Notes: a model not told the origin generated them from the sequence alone. Counted from the stretch's first letter, positions 36,550 to 47,309 are shown. The stretch: DNA of 64,000 bases from Alphaproteobacteria bacterium (GCA_031549385.1 JAVBPW010000006.1:27935-91934); one strand, 5' to 3'. Made by a program: numbers and translations.

Positions 36550-38508
36550 ATGACAAAAAAAATTTTAATCGATGCAGTTCATCCCGAAGATATCAGAGCA
36601 GTTGTCCTTGCCGACAACAACGTGATTGAAGACTTCGATGTTGAAACTACTACAAAAAAGCAAAATAAAGGTAATATTTACCTTGCGAAGGTTATGAGAA
36701 TTGAACCTTCTATTCAAGCTGCATTCGTTGATTATGGTAATAATAAAAATGGATTTTTGCAATTTAGCGAAATTCACCCTAGTTATTTCCAAATTCCCGC
36801 TGAAGATAAATCTAAACTTTTAGAAACTGCTTTGCAAAAAAAACAAGCAGAAGAGGAAGATGAAGATAAACTTAATGCAGATAATGAAATCAAAAATTTA
36901 TCAGAAGATGATGAAGGAACTGAAGTTGATGTTTCTTGGAAGAATTTAATCAAGAAATATAAAATTCAAGAAGTTATTAAACCTAGACAAGTTTTACTCG
37001 TTCAAGTTGTTAAAGAAGAACGAGGTAATAAAGGTGCAAGTTTAACTACATATATTTCTTTGGCTGGAAAATACAATGTTTTAATGCCTAATTCGAATCG
37101 TAAATCATCTTATGGAATTTCAAGAAAGATTTTTAACTATGAAGATCGTAAGAGAATTAGAGAAATTCTTAAATCGTTAGATATTAAAGAAGGTATGACT
37201 GTTATTACTCGTACAGCTGGACTTGATGAAACTAAGGCTTCTATTGCTGCTGATTACGAATACCTTTTAAAACTTTGGAGCAAAATAGTTGAAAAAACTA
37301 TGGAGAAAGAAGCCCCTGCTCTTATTTGGGAAGAAGGCGATCTTATTAAAAGAGTTATTCGTGATATGGCTGGAAAAGATATTGAAGAAATTATCATTCA
37401 AGGCGACGATGCTTTTAATACTGCAAAAACTTTTTATAAAGAAATTACTGGAAAAGTTGCTAAACATATTAAGCTTTTCGATGAAAAGACACCTATATTT
37501 ATCAAATATAATATTGAAAAAAGATTATCTACTATTCATGACCCTGTTGTTTACTTGAAAAGTGGCGGAAGTATCGTTTTAAATCAAACTGAAGCTTTGG
37601 TTGCTATTGACGTTAATAGTGGACGTTCTACTAAAGAAAAAACTGTCGAAGAAACTGCTTTGAAAACTAATTTAGAAGCTGCTGAAATGATTTGCCGTCA
37701 ATTACGTCTTCGTGACTTGGCAGGTATTATTGTTATTGACTTTATTGATATGGAAGAAGAAAAAAATAATCATACTGTTGAAAACAGAATGAAAGAATGC
37801 TTGAAAGCTGATAGAGCTAAGATTGCTTTTAGAAAAATTTCTCACTTTGGACTTATGGAATTATCACGTCAAAGACTTCGTTCTTCATTTATTGAAGCTT
37901 CTTACTTGCAATGTCCTCATTGTAAGGGGTCTGGTATTGTGCCTTCTGTTCAAACAGCTGCAGTTTTGACTATTAGAAATTTGGAAGAAGAAATCTTAAA
38001 GAAACATTCTGAAAGATTGTTCTTAACTGTACCTAATGATGTTGCTTTATATCTTTTGAACCAAAAAAGAGAAGATATTTCTCAATTGGAACAAAATTAC
38101 CAAACAAGTATCATTATTGCTGGATCAAATAATATTCTATCTTTTGCTGATAGAACTATTGAAAGAATGGAAAAAAATGCTGATCTTGGAAAATATTTTA
38201 GAGAAAAAAATGCTGTTAACTCTTTTAATGATGAAAGTGCTCATGAAATAGAACACAAAAATCTTATTAAAGAAACTAATAGCAAAATTAGACCTGCTTT
38301 GCCTGTTACTAAATCTAAAGAAAAAGCTGAAAGCTCATTTTTGGGGAAAATATTTGGAAAAAGCAAAAAAGAAGAAGAAAAAAAGCCAGCAATGGTAGAA
38401 AATAAAAAATATAATAATAATGGTAATAACAACAATAATAAAAAGAGAAGATATTACCATAATAACAATAAAAATAAGAATAATAACAATAACAACAATA
38501 AAAAGTAA
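36550..38508 (+). CDS. rne: Ribonuclease E/G
   Basis: GNIYLAKV..IEPSIQAAFVDYG, IDVNSG, LRDLAGIIVIDFIDM, CPHCKG. Confidence 0.95.
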   Translation: MTKKILIDAVHPEDIRAVVLADNNVIEDFDVETTTKKQNKGNIYLAKVMRIEPSIQAAFVDYGNNKNGFLQFSEIHPSYFQIPAEDKSKLLETALQKKQAEEEDEDKLNADNEIKNLSEDDEGTEVDVSWKNLIKKYKIQEVIKPRQVLLVQVVKEERGNKGASLTTYISLAGKYNVLMPNSNRKSSYGISRKIFNYEDRKRIREILKSLDIKEGMTVITRTAGLDETKASIAADYEYLLKLWSKIVEKTMEKEAPALIWEEGDLIKRVIRDMAGKDIEEIIIQGDDAFNTAKTFYKEITGKVAKHIKLFDEKTPIFIKYNIEKRLSTIHDPVVYLKSGGSIVLNQTEALVAIDVNSGRSTKEKTVEETALKTNLEAAEMICRQLRLRDLAGIIVIDFIDMEEEKNNHTVENRMKECLKADRAKIAFRKISHFGLMELSRQRLRSSFIEASYLQCPHCKGSGIVPSVQTAAVLTIRNLEEEILKKHSERLFLTVPNDVALYLLNQKREDISQLEQNYQTSIIIAGSNNILSFADRTIERMEKNADLGKYFREKNAVNSFNDESAHEIEHKNLIKETNSKIRPALPVTKSKEKAESSFLGKIFGKSKKEEEKKPAMVENKKYNNNGNNNNNKKRRYYHNNNKNKNNNNNNNKK

Positions 38509-38511
38509 GTT

Positions 38512-39837
38512 ATGAAAAAAGCAACTGGATTTTTTAAAAAACTTTATGTTCTTTTAGGAATCTCGTTGCTTTTTTTCTCTTTTTCCGCAAAGGCTCAAGT
38601 ATTTATTCGTGACGCTGAAACTGAAAAATATTTACAGTCTATTACCCAACCTATTTTTAAAGCAGCTGGATTAATTGAAAAACAAACTAGTATTACTTTG
38701 TTAATGGATAGACAAGTTAATGCTTTTGTTGCTAATGGACAATCCCTTTATCTTTATACTGGTTTGATTTTAAGGGCTGAAAATGAAGATGAACTTAAAG
38801 GCGTTATTGCTCATGAAACTGGGCATATGATGGGGGCTCATTTAAGTCGATTAAGAAAACAAGTTAAATATGCTTCTTATCAAGCTATGATTGGTATGGC
38901 TTTGGGAGCTGCAGCTCTTGCTATGTCAAAAAATGATGGAATGGCTGAAGTTGGAACTACACTTTTGGTTGGGTCTCAAGATATTGCTATTAGAAATTTG
39001 ATGGCTTACTCAAGAGGCGAAGAAGAAATGGCTGATGAAAGCGCCATTACCTTACTTAATAAACTTAATATGCCTTCTACTGGACTTTTGACATTTATGG
39101 ATAAGTTGAAAAAAGATCAAATGCTTATGCCTGATATGTCACCATATTTGCTAAGTCACCCTATGATTGATGAACGTATTAAACATTTGAATGTTAAAAT
39201 TGCTCAACAAAAGAAATACCCCGCTTCTAAAAATGATAATTTTTTTAGAATTAGATATAAACTGCAAGGATATATTTTATCTGAATATGAATATAACAAA
39301 TTGAAAATTGATTCATGGAATTGGAAATATGGAAAGATTGTTAACTTGATGAAATATTCTAAACTTGATGAGGCTGTTAAATTGGCTAATTCACTTTTGG
39401 AAACTAAAAAAAATGATCCTTATATTTTCGAACTTTTAGGAGAAATTTACTTCTTCCAAAATAAATTTAATGATGCTGAAAAATATTATCAAAAAGCTTA
39501 TGATATTACAAATTCACCTTTGATTCTTACTGATTTGGCTCGAGTTCAAACTGAATTGAAAAAATATGATGAGGCTATTTCTAATTTAAAAATTGCTGTT
39601 TATAAAGATAAAAGTATTGGAAATGCTTATAAACAACTTTCTATCTGTTATGGGAAAAAAGATAATAAACCTGTTTCTAATTATTATTTAGCTGAATATT
39701 ATTTCAGAATTGGAGATATGGAAAATACTGATATAGCCCTTACAAAAGCTATGAAAACATTAGATAAAGAGTCTCCTGAATATTTAAAAGCAACTGACTT
39801 GAAGTTGGAATATAAAAATAAATTAAAAGAAAAATAG
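38512..39837 (+). CDS. M48 metalloprotease with TPR repeats (BepA-like)
   Basis: IRDAE, VNAF, HETGH, YSR.EE.MAD, SHP...ERI. Confidence 0.9.
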   Translation: MKKATGFFKKLYVLLGISLLFFSFSAKAQVFIRDAETEKYLQSITQPIFKAAGLIEKQTSITLLMDRQVNAFVANGQSLYLYTGLILRAENEDELKGVIAHETGHMMGAHLSRLRKQVKYASYQAMIGMALGAAALAMSKNDGMAEVGTTLLVGSQDIAIRNLMAYSRGEEEMADESAITLLNKLNMPSTGLLTFMDKLKKDQMLMPDMSPYLLSHPMIDERIKHLNVKIAQQKKYPASKNDNFFRIRYKLQGYILSEYEYNKLKIDSWNWKYGKIVNLMKYSKLDEAVKLANSLLETKKNDPYIFELLGEIYFFQNKFNDAEKYYQKAYDITNSPLILTDLARVQTELKKYDEAISNLKIAVYKDKSIGNAYKQLSICYGKKDNKPVSNYYLAEYYFRIGDMENTDIALTKAMKTLDKESPEYLKATDLKLEYKNKLKEK

Positions 39838-39908
39838 TCGCATATTTTTTTAATTGATTAACTTTTAAAAAAATGAGATAATAAGATTATTAAGAAAGGA
39901 GAGAGTTT

Positions 39909-40952
39909 ATGTCTAAATCACAAGGAATTTTTTACACATTCGTTTCATTTGTTTTGTTCTTTTATATTCTTTATATAGGTAAAGATATTTTAGTTCCTTT
40001 TACTATTGCAGTTTTGGTTTGGTATTTATCTCACTCTATATCTTCTTTTTATACTTTGTTTTGGCCTAAGAAATTTATGAATGTGTTCGTTAGAATTTTA
40101 CTTACTGCACTTGGTATCACCAGTGTGTTTGCATTGTTATTCTTTATATTCTGGGGACTTAGTTCTAATATGGGCGATATTTTAAAAGAAATGCCTAATA
40201 TATCTAATAAACTTATTGGGCTTGGAGAAATGGTTTTACATAAATTAAATATTGAACATACTATCGATTTTAGTTTGGTTAAACAATACATTAATATTGA
40301 AGCTGTTGTTAAAAATATTGCTCTTAATATTACTTCCACTGTTTCTGTTGTATTTATGATTTTTGTTTATGCCATATTCTTAATCTTAGAACAAAATAGC
40401 TTTAATGAAAAATTAGCTAAATTATTTAAAGATAAAAAAAATCAAAGCAAAGCTCAAAAAATGGTTAGGTCTTTAGATAATAAGATTAAAAAATACTTCT
40501 TGCTTAAAACTTTAGTTGCTGGATCTATTGCTCTTGTTTCTTATGTTACTATGGTTGCTGTTGGATTGCATTTTGCTGTTTTCTTTGCTGTGCTTATTTT
40601 CTTGCTTGGATATATTCCTACTATTGGTTCTATTATAGCTACTGCCCTTCCTGTTTTATATTCACTTACCCAATACGAATCACTTCATCCTATTATAATC
40701 TTATTAGTTGGAATTGGAGCTGCCCAAGTTATTATTGGAAATATTCTTGAACCTAAATTAATGGGAAATTCACTTAACCTCTCACCTGTTGTTCTTTTAT
40801 TATCATTGGTGATTTGGGGAGAAATTTGGGGATTGACTGGAATGTTTTTATCTGTTCCTTTAATGGTGAGTTTGAATCTGTTCTTATCTGAATTTGAAAG
40901 TACAAGAAGTATTTCTATACTGCTTTCAAAAGATGGAAACGTAGAAGAATAA
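39909..40952 (+). CDS. AI-2E family transporter
   Basis: YIPTIGS, N.LEPKLMG.SLNLSP, WG.IWG..GMFLSVP. Confidence 0.92.
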   Translation: MSKSQGIFYTFVSFVLFFYILYIGKDILVPFTIAVLVWYLSHSISSFYTLFWPKKFMNVFVRILLTALGITSVFALLFFIFWGLSSNMGDILKEMPNISNKLIGLGEMVLHKLNIEHTIDFSLVKQYINIEAVVKNIALNITSTVSVVFMIFVYAIFLILEQNSFNEKLAKLFKDKKNQSKAQKMVRSLDNKIKKYFLLKTLVAGSIALVSYVTMVAVGLHFAVFFAVLIFLLGYIPTIGSIIATALPVLYSLTQYESLHPIIILLVGIGAAQVIIGNILEPKLMGNSLNLSPVVLLLSLVIWGEIWGLTGMFLSVPLMVSLNLFLSEFESTRSISILLSKDGNVEE

Positions 40953-40981
40953 TTTACGCGAATTTGTTGGTCATTTACAAC

Positions 40982-41055
40982 TTGAAATGTTAATTTTAAG
41001 ATGTAGAATTATTTATACAAAACTTAAAAAATATAAACTTAAAAATTAAAAGACT
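40982..41055 (+). promoter_or_regulatory. Cassette promoter with a tandem pair of AAACTTAAAAA motifs
   Basis: TTGAAA-16-TAGAAT; motif at 41020 and 41035. Confidence 0.7.
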
Positions 41056-41238
41056 ATGTTAACAGCAAAAAGCTATATCGAAAGTGCTCAACTTCTTGAT
41101 CAAGTTGGTTGGGATGGATCTGGACACCAATTTGGTGCTGTAAATGATCGCCTTTATGGTGATATATATGTTAACCCCTCTTCACGCAATACATACACTG
41201 CGTTGGATGGGAGAAAAAGTAAAAAGAAAAAAAAGTAA
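41056..41238 (+). CDS. Small hypothetical protein, 60 aa (cassette gene)
   Basis: ATG 21 nt after the second motif; no SD. Confidence 0.65.
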   Translation: MLTAKSYIESAQLLDQVGWDGSGHQFGAVNDRLYGDIYVNPSSRNTYTALDGRKSKKKKK

Positions 41239-41374
41239 GATCATGAACAAAAGTAAAGTAGATGTTCCTTACAGTTGGATTCAATTGAATATAAATATTA
41301 ATTATGTTCCTATTGGATCTCCTAAATGGGAAAAGAGAGCTCGGCCAAAAACTCTCAGAAGGGGAAGGATAGAG

Positions 41375-42034
41375 TTAAATTAAACTTATTTCCTTTGTTA
41401 ATTTTAAATCAGAAACCCAACTTGGGTTGTGGGTGACTATTAAAAAAGTCACCCCTTTTTTATTTAAATCTTTGATTGTTTCCAAAATTATTTCTTTTGT
41501 TTTCGTATCTGCACCAGAATCGATTTCATCTAACATAACAAACGTTGGTTCAAATAATAAAATTTGAAGCAATTCAAATTTCTTTTTTTCACCACCTGAA
41601 AAGTTATGATTTAAATTTCTTGATAAAAATGATTTGTCGAGTCCTACATATTCCAAAATAGGATAAACTTTTGCAAAATATTCCGGAGCTGTTAATTCCT
41701 TTTGTCCCCTGTTCCTTTTTAAATTATTTATTGCATACTTTAAAAAAGTTGAAACTGAAAGACCTTCTATTTCAACTGGATTTTGATAGGATAAATATAA
41801 TCCCATATTGGCACGTTGCTCAATTGGTAGATTTGTTATATCTTTTCCATCAAATATGATTTTTCCTGATGCTGTATATTGACTTAAACCCATAATAGCA
41901 CTTAATAATGTTGACTTACCTGCCCCATTAGAGCCAATTAAATGAACTATGTCACCTTCTTTAATTTCAAAGCTTATATTGTTAACTATTTTTTTATCTT
42001 GTGCTTTAACGCTAAGATCTTTTACTTTTAACAT
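41375..42034 (-). CDS. sufC: SufC-like ABC ATPase
   Basis: GSNGAGKST, YQNPVEIEG, FSGGEKKK, LDEIDSG. Confidence 0.85.
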   Translation of the reverse strand: MLKVKDLSVKAQDKKIVNNISFEIKEGDIVHLIGSNGAGKSTLLSAIMGLSQYTASGKIIFDGKDITNLPIEQRANMGLYLSYQNPVEIEGLSVSTFLKYAINNLKRNRGQKELTAPEYFAKVYPILEYVGLDKSFLSRNLNHNFSGGEKKKFELLQILLFEPTFVMLDEIDSGADTKTKEIILETIKDLNKKGVTFLIVTHNPSWVSDLKLTKEISLI

Positions 42035-43362
42035 TATTTAAAATTATCCTTACCTTTTTGCTTTATTCTTGATGTGCCTCTACCATTGATTTGGTATAAA
42101 TCCATTAAATATTGAGCTTTCCCGTTTGATAGAATTCTGAATGTTCCATTTATTCCATTATAGCCACCTTCTGCTATTAATTCTGATTTATTGAAATATC
42201 CATCACGTGATAAATGTTGAACTAATTTTCCTGCATCATAGGCGTATAGTGATAATGCTTCTGGTGTAGAATCAAATTTTGATTGATATAATTGCTCAAA
42301 TGCTGCCTTGCTTTTTTGAGATAAACTTACATAATTTGCATTTAAAAAATTACCGTCTGTTAGAATCTTATTGTTTGACCAAACTGATGTTCCATAATAT
42401 TTTACTTTTCGTGGATCAACTTCATAATATCTTAAATATGAAACTATACCTTTTGTATCGTTTATATTTCCAATGATTATTATAGAATCGAAATCTGTTT
42501 CACCAATTGTGTCTATGTTTTCATATTTCTTTAGTCTTCTTTCCTTTTCAGCAGCTGTGATTGCTTGGCTGTTTTTTATTTCACTCTTTATCTTATCAAG
42601 TTCTTTTTTACGAGAATCGTATTCTGAAAGAGTTCTTACTTGTTGGTCTATACTTGTTAGATTTCCTTGTGTGTAGTAAATTATTTTTGAAACATTCATT
42701 GTGTTGTCTATTTCTTTTCCGAAAATTCGACCCATTTGATTGTTTGGAATCATTACTACTGTTTTTTTTACTCCGTCATTAATCATGAAGTTCTTTAAAT
42801 TTCTTACTTCTTCTTCCTGTAATAACCCCATAGAGAATGTGTTAGATGATATTACCGATGTGTCTGTTGAAAATGAGATTATTGGAGTTGTTGTTAAATC
42901 TTTTATTGCTCTTACATCTTGTGCATATACTGGACCCAATATTACGTCTATTGAATATTGTTCAGCCTTTCTTAAAGCATTAACTGAACCTTCTGGAGTT
43001 GATTGAGTGTCAAAAAATTCATATTTAATCTTTTTTGTGTCAGTATTTGCAAATGATAGCATAAATGCTTTCTTCATTGATTGACCAATTTTTGTTCCGT
43101 TTCCTGTTAGTGGAAGAAGAATTGCTATTTGAACTATATCTTTCTTTATTGGAATTGTTACTGCTGGTTCTGCACGATTTACAAATGTTACTTTTTCTCT
43201 GATTACACCAACAATTTCTGGTGTTTCATAGTCTTCTAATGTTTTAGGTTGCTCGAATATTATTGGTTCTGTTGTTGCTATTTTTGTTTCTGGAGCTTTG
43301 GTCGATGGACAACCTGTTAGAACTAATGTCGCAAGGATTAAACTTGCTATTCTTTTAAACAT
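42034..43362 (-). CDS. Penicillin-binding protein activator lipoprotein (LpoA/LppC-like)
   Basis: LTGC lipobox; IAILLPLTG, ILGPVYA, YAYDA, GINGTFR; divergent from rsmI. Confidence 0.85.
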   Translation of the reverse strand: MFKRIASLILATLVLTGCPSTKAPETKIATTEPIIFEQPKTLEDYETPEIVGVIREKVTFVNRAEPAVTIPIKKDIVQIAILLPLTGNGTKIGQSMKKAFMLSFANTDTKKIKYEFFDTQSTPEGSVNALRKAEQYSIDVILGPVYAQDVRAIKDLTTTPIISFSTDTSVISSNTFSMGLLQEEEVRNLKNFMINDGVKKTVVMIPNNQMGRIFGKEIDNTMNVSKIIYYTQGNLTSIDQQVRTLSEYDSRKKELDKIKSEIKNSQAITAAEKERRLKKYENIDTIGETDFDSIIIIGNINDTKGIVSYLRYYEVDPRKVKYYGTSVWSNNKILTDGNFLNANYVSLSQKSKAAFEQLYQSKFDSTPEALSLYAYDAGKLVQHLSRDGYFNKSELIAEGGYNGINGTFRILSNGKAQYLMDLYQINGRGTSRIKQKGKDNFK

Positions 43363-43439
43363 CTTTTTTTCCTTTATTTTTCTAATTTTTTGTCATAAGG
43401 TTAATATATCGATTAAAATTAGAAAAGACAACAAAAAAT

Positions 43440-44291
43440 ATGGAAAATTTAGGGCAATTATATATAGTTTCTACTCCTATTGGAAATATGGGGGATTTTT
43501 CTTTTAGAGCTGTGGAAATATTGAAAATGGTAGATTTGATAGCTTGCGAAGATACTCGCGTTAGTGGGAGACTTTTAAAGCACTATGGAATCAAAAATAA
43601 TTTAACTTCTTTTTTTGAACATAATGAAGATTATAAATTAGATTTAATCATCAAAGAACTTTCTTTTGGAAAAAATGTTGCTCTTATTTCTGATTCTGGA
43701 ACTCCTTTGATTTCTGACCCTGGTTTTAAATTAGTTAGAAAAATTCGTGAACTTGGTTTTAATGTTACTGCTTGCCCTGGGGCGACTTCTGTTATTACTT
43801 CTTTGAGCATTTCTGGATTTCCTACTGATAAATTCTTTTTTGGTGGATTTTTACCTACAAAACAAGGAAAAAAGGAAAGAGTTCTTCTTGATTATATGAA
43901 AATAGGATGCACTTTAATCTTTTTTGAATCTCCACACCGAATCATTTTTACTGTACAAACTCTTGTTGATATGGGAATTAAAAATGATATTTGTGTTTGC
44001 CGTGAATTGACTAAAAAATATGAAGAAGTTCTTATTGGTTCTGCATCAGAAGTGTTAGAAAAATTAAGCGATAAAGACGCTGTTAAAGGTGAATTTGTTT
44101 TACTTATTAAAGCCTTAAATGATGATGAAGCAGATGAAAAATCTGTGGAAGATTATGAACCTGAGATAGTTGAACTTTTTGCTGAAGGGAAAACATCCAA
44201 AGATATTGTTGGCTATTTAGTTGATAAATACGAGCTTAATAAAAAAGAAGTTTTTAACTTTGTTCAAGAAATAAAAAAACTTGTAAATTAG
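43440..44291 (+). CDS. rsmI: 16S rRNA C1402 2'-O-methyltransferase
   Basis: LYIVSTPIGN, CEDTR, SDSGTPLISDPG, FESPHR, RELTK. Confidence 0.96.
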   Translation: MENLGQLYIVSTPIGNMGDFSFRAVEILKMVDLIACEDTRVSGRLLKHYGIKNNLTSFFEHNEDYKLDLIIKELSFGKNVALISDSGTPLISDPGFKLVRKIRELGFNVTACPGATSVITSLSISGFPTDKFFFGGFLPTKQGKKERVLLDYMKIGCTLIFFESPHRIIFTVQTLVDMGIKNDICVCRELTKKYEEVLIGSASEVLEKLSDKDAVKGEFVLLIKALNDDEADEKSVEDYEPEIVELFAEGKTSKDIVGYLVDKYELNKKEVFNFVQEIKKLVN

Positions 44292-44315
44292 CTTTAATTC
44301 CTTACAATAATCACT

Positions 44316-44819
44316 ATGTTAAAGAAATTACTTTGTTTTGCAATTATTTTTGTATTGTCCGCATGCGGATTTACTCCTGTTTATACTGGAAAGAAAAATG
44401 AAAACATTATAAAATATACTCAGGAAATTGCTGTGGCTCCTATGGATGGAAAATCCGGAGTTATTGCTAGAGAAAGATTGCGTGATCAATTAAGCCCTTA
44501 TGGGTTGCCTGATAAACCAGAATATAATTTGACTTTTAATGATACAAAAGTTGTTTATGAAAAAAGAGGTATCAGACCTGATGGTACTGCAACTTGGGGA
44601 ACTGTTGTGACTTCTGTTGGATATAAACTAACTAAGGTTTCTGATGGATCCGTTTTACTTGATGATAAAGAATATTCTTTTACTTCTTATAATATTTTAA
44701 GCAATGTGTATTCTGCCACTGTTTCTGAAGAGCAAGCTGCTATTCGTGGAGCAAATATGATTGCTGATCAAATTGCAACTCGAATAATGGCGTATTTTAA
44801 AAACTATGAAGGACAATGA
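44316..44819 (+). CDS. lptE: LPS assembly lipoprotein LptE
   Basis: LSACGFTPVY lipobox; directly upstream of holA. Confidence 0.82.
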   Translation: MLKKLLCFAIIFVLSACGFTPVYTGKKNENIIKYTQEIAVAPMDGKSGVIARERLRDQLSPYGLPDKPEYNLTFNDTKVVYEKRGIRPDGTATWGTVVTSVGYKLTKVSDGSVLLDDKEYSFTSYNILSNVYSATVSEEQAAIRGANMIADQIATRIMAYFKNYEGQ

Positions 44820-45825
44820 TTTTAATTTAGCTTTGGAAAATGACTTTGCTGGAATTTCTGGCTTGCTTGTCTATGGTCCTGATCGTGGTTTAGTCTTAGA
44901 TTACTATGATAGAGTTACTCAACATTTTAATAAAGATGAAAGCGGATTTTGTTTGGTTGATTATGAAGCTAAAAAAGTTGAAGATGATCCTGCTGATTTT
45001 TTTGCTGATTGTGTTTGTGACTCTTTCTTTGGTGATAAAAAATTAATCAGAGTTAAAGATGCTGGCGAATCATTTTATAAGGTTATGGAAGATTTATTGG
45101 CTAAGCCTATTTCTTCTTTTGTTATTGTGACTGCTGATAATTTGCCTAAGAGTTCAAAACTTAGAACTTTCTTTGAAAAAAATAATTTTTGCGAATCACT
45201 CGCTTGTTATCAAGATAATCAAAAAAATATATTGGATGTTATTTCTAGATTCTTTTTGGGCAAAAAAGTTGGAATCGATTATGATACTAAAAATTATATA
45301 GCATCAAAGCTTGGGGAGAATCGTGCTGTTACTATGTCTGAACTTGAAAAACTTCATCTTTTTATTGGAGATAAAAAAAATGTTTCTTTCGAAGATGCTA
45401 AGGCAAGTTTATGCAATGGGGAAATTATTGAAATCGATGATTTTATTTATGGAATCTTAGAAGGTAACTTTGAAAACTTTTTAAAAGCTCAAGATAAATT
45501 TTTGAATGAAGGAGCTTCTACTATTACTATGCTTAGAGCTTTATCGAATCACTTGAAAAGTATTTATAAGATGAGAGCTGAATTTGATAAAACTCGTAAC
45601 TTGCTCGAATCTGTTAAGAAAATTAATCCTAGAGTTTTTTTTAAAAATCAAGATAACTACATGAAACAAGTTAAGAAATTTAGTGCGCCCGTTATAATAA
45701 AAATTATGGACGAAATTTATAGAGCAGAAAAAAATTTAAAATCTTCTGAATATATGCCTATTGCTGATACGTATGCAAAAAGATTCTTTTTAACTTTATC
45801 TTATTTCTGCAAAAGTGTGGGGTAA
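44806..45825 (+). CDS. holA: DNA polymerase III delta subunit
   Basis: LVYGPDRGLV, SFFGD, L.KSSKLR..FE, ELEKL.LF. Confidence 0.9.
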   Translation: MKDNDFNLALENDFAGISGLLVYGPDRGLVLDYYDRVTQHFNKDESGFCLVDYEAKKVEDDPADFFADCVCDSFFGDKKLIRVKDAGESFYKVMEDLLAKPISSFVIVTADNLPKSSKLRTFFEKNNFCESLACYQDNQKNILDVISRFFLGKKVGIDYDTKNYIASKLGENRAVTMSELEKLHLFIGDKKNVSFEDAKASLCNGEIIEIDDFIYGILEGNFENFLKAQDKFLNEGASTITMLRALSNHLKSIYKMRAEFDKTRNLLESVKKINPRVFFKNQDNYMKQVKKFSAPVIIKIMDEIYRAEKNLKSSEYMPIADTYAKRFFLTLSYFCKSVG

Positions 45826-45828
45826 AAG

Positions 45829-46611
45829 ATGGCTATATATAATAAACACGATTTTGCTAAATTAAGAGTCGCTGGAAGAATCGCAGCGGAAGTTTTAGAT
45901 TATATTACTCCTTTTATTAAAGAAGGTGTTTCTACACTTGAACTTAATGATTTGTGTCATGCTTTTATTTTGAAAAAAGGAGCTACTTCTGCTTGCTTGC
46001 ATTATAATGGATTTCCTAAGTCGGTTTGTATTTCTATTAATGATGTGATTTGTCACGGAATCCCTCGCAAAGATGAAATACTTAAAAAAGGTGACATATT
46101 AAATATAGATGTTACTGTTATTAAAGATGGTTACTATGGTGACACTAGCAGAATGTATACCGTTGGAAAAGTTTCTAAAGGAGCTCAAGATTTAATTAAC
46201 TATACTTATGAAGCTATGATGTCTGCAATTGATATTTTACGACCAGGACTTCCTTTGTCTGTTATAGGCTATACCGTTGAAGAAGTTATCAAACATAAAA
46301 AATATGGAATCGTAAAAGATTTTGCAGGACATGGAATCGGTAAGAAATTTCATGAAGATCCTAATATTCTTCACTACTATACTTCATTTTATGATAAACA
46401 CATTATTCAAGAAGGTATGGTGTTTACTGTAGAACCTATGATAAATACCGGTAATGATGAAATGTTTATTGAAAAAAATGGATGGATTGCTCGTACTTGT
46501 GACGAATCTTTGTCTGCTCAATTCGAACATACTATCGGAATTACTAAAGATGGAGTAGAAATCTTTACTTTATCGCCTAAAGGTTTTACAAAACCTCCTT
46601 ATAAAGTATAA
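45829..46611 (+). CDS. map: Methionine aminopeptidase
   Basis: ICHGIP, IDVT..DGYYGDTS, GHGIG, EPMIN, AQFEHT. Confidence 0.96.
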   Translation: MAIYNKHDFAKLRVAGRIAAEVLDYITPFIKEGVSTLELNDLCHAFILKKGATSACLHYNGFPKSVCISINDVICHGIPRKDEILKKGDILNIDVTVIKDGYYGDTSRMYTVGKVSKGAQDLINYTYEAMMSAIDILRPGLPLSVIGYTVEEVIKHKKYGIVKDFAGHGIGKKFHEDPNILHYYTSFYDKHIIQEGMVFTVEPMINTGNDEMFIEKNGWIARTCDESLSAQFEHTIGITKDGVEIFTLSPKGFTKPPYKV

Positions 46612-47309
46612 ATTTCGTTTTTTAACATAAGTTATTGTTTTTAGTTTTATTTATTGAACCATTGCGAATCTTTAATATTTTGATAGCTATCAAACCATTT
46701 TTGACCAAAATGCGAGTCGATATTGAAAATCAAAACTATTTTATTTTTTTCGAAAATTTAAGGAATTTAGTCAAGGGGAAATTGGTCAATGGATAATTTT
46801 AAAAAATTGTTAATAAAACAGTTTTAAATTGTTTTTTTTGATTTATAGTTCTTTTTAACGAAAGGGTTAGGAGAAAAGGAAATGCAAAAATAATAAGATT
46901 TATTGACAGATAACTTTAAGCTTTAAAAGTTCGTTTTACCTTAGAAAAAGTTTACAAGTTGTTTAAGTTATATTCTTAAAGCTGTCTGGAAATAAATCTT
47001 ATTATTGGCTTAAGGGGAGTTCTTATTAAGAAGATTTTAATATATAAAGAATTCTTAATTTAAAGCTCATAAAAAAGTTCTTAAAAGTATGTGTTTTCTT
47101 TTTTAAGGTTTAAAATGGTTGGTTGGATTTAATAAATATTTTAAAAACAATCTTCCGTTTTAAATAGTTTGAAATGAGAGGTGTTTTATCCATTAGGAAA
47201 TTTTATCTCTGATTTTAAACAAATTTTAATGGTAAAGATTTTGGGAAAGTCTTAACCAAATAGTTTGAAAAAACTATATTAGAATTTAAAACTTAAGAGG
47301 AGAGAGAAA

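Noticed and set aside
36285-36629. 114-aa ORF upstream of rne
   Set aside because: Overlaps rne out of frame, has low-complexity AT-rich composition, and more likely represents the rne promoter and leader.
46612-47309. oriC upstream of dnaA
   Set aside because: No perfect TTATCCACA boxes, and the strand-specific codon bias (T-ending on plus, A-ending on minus) looks the same on both sides, so no skew switch is visible. Not computed.
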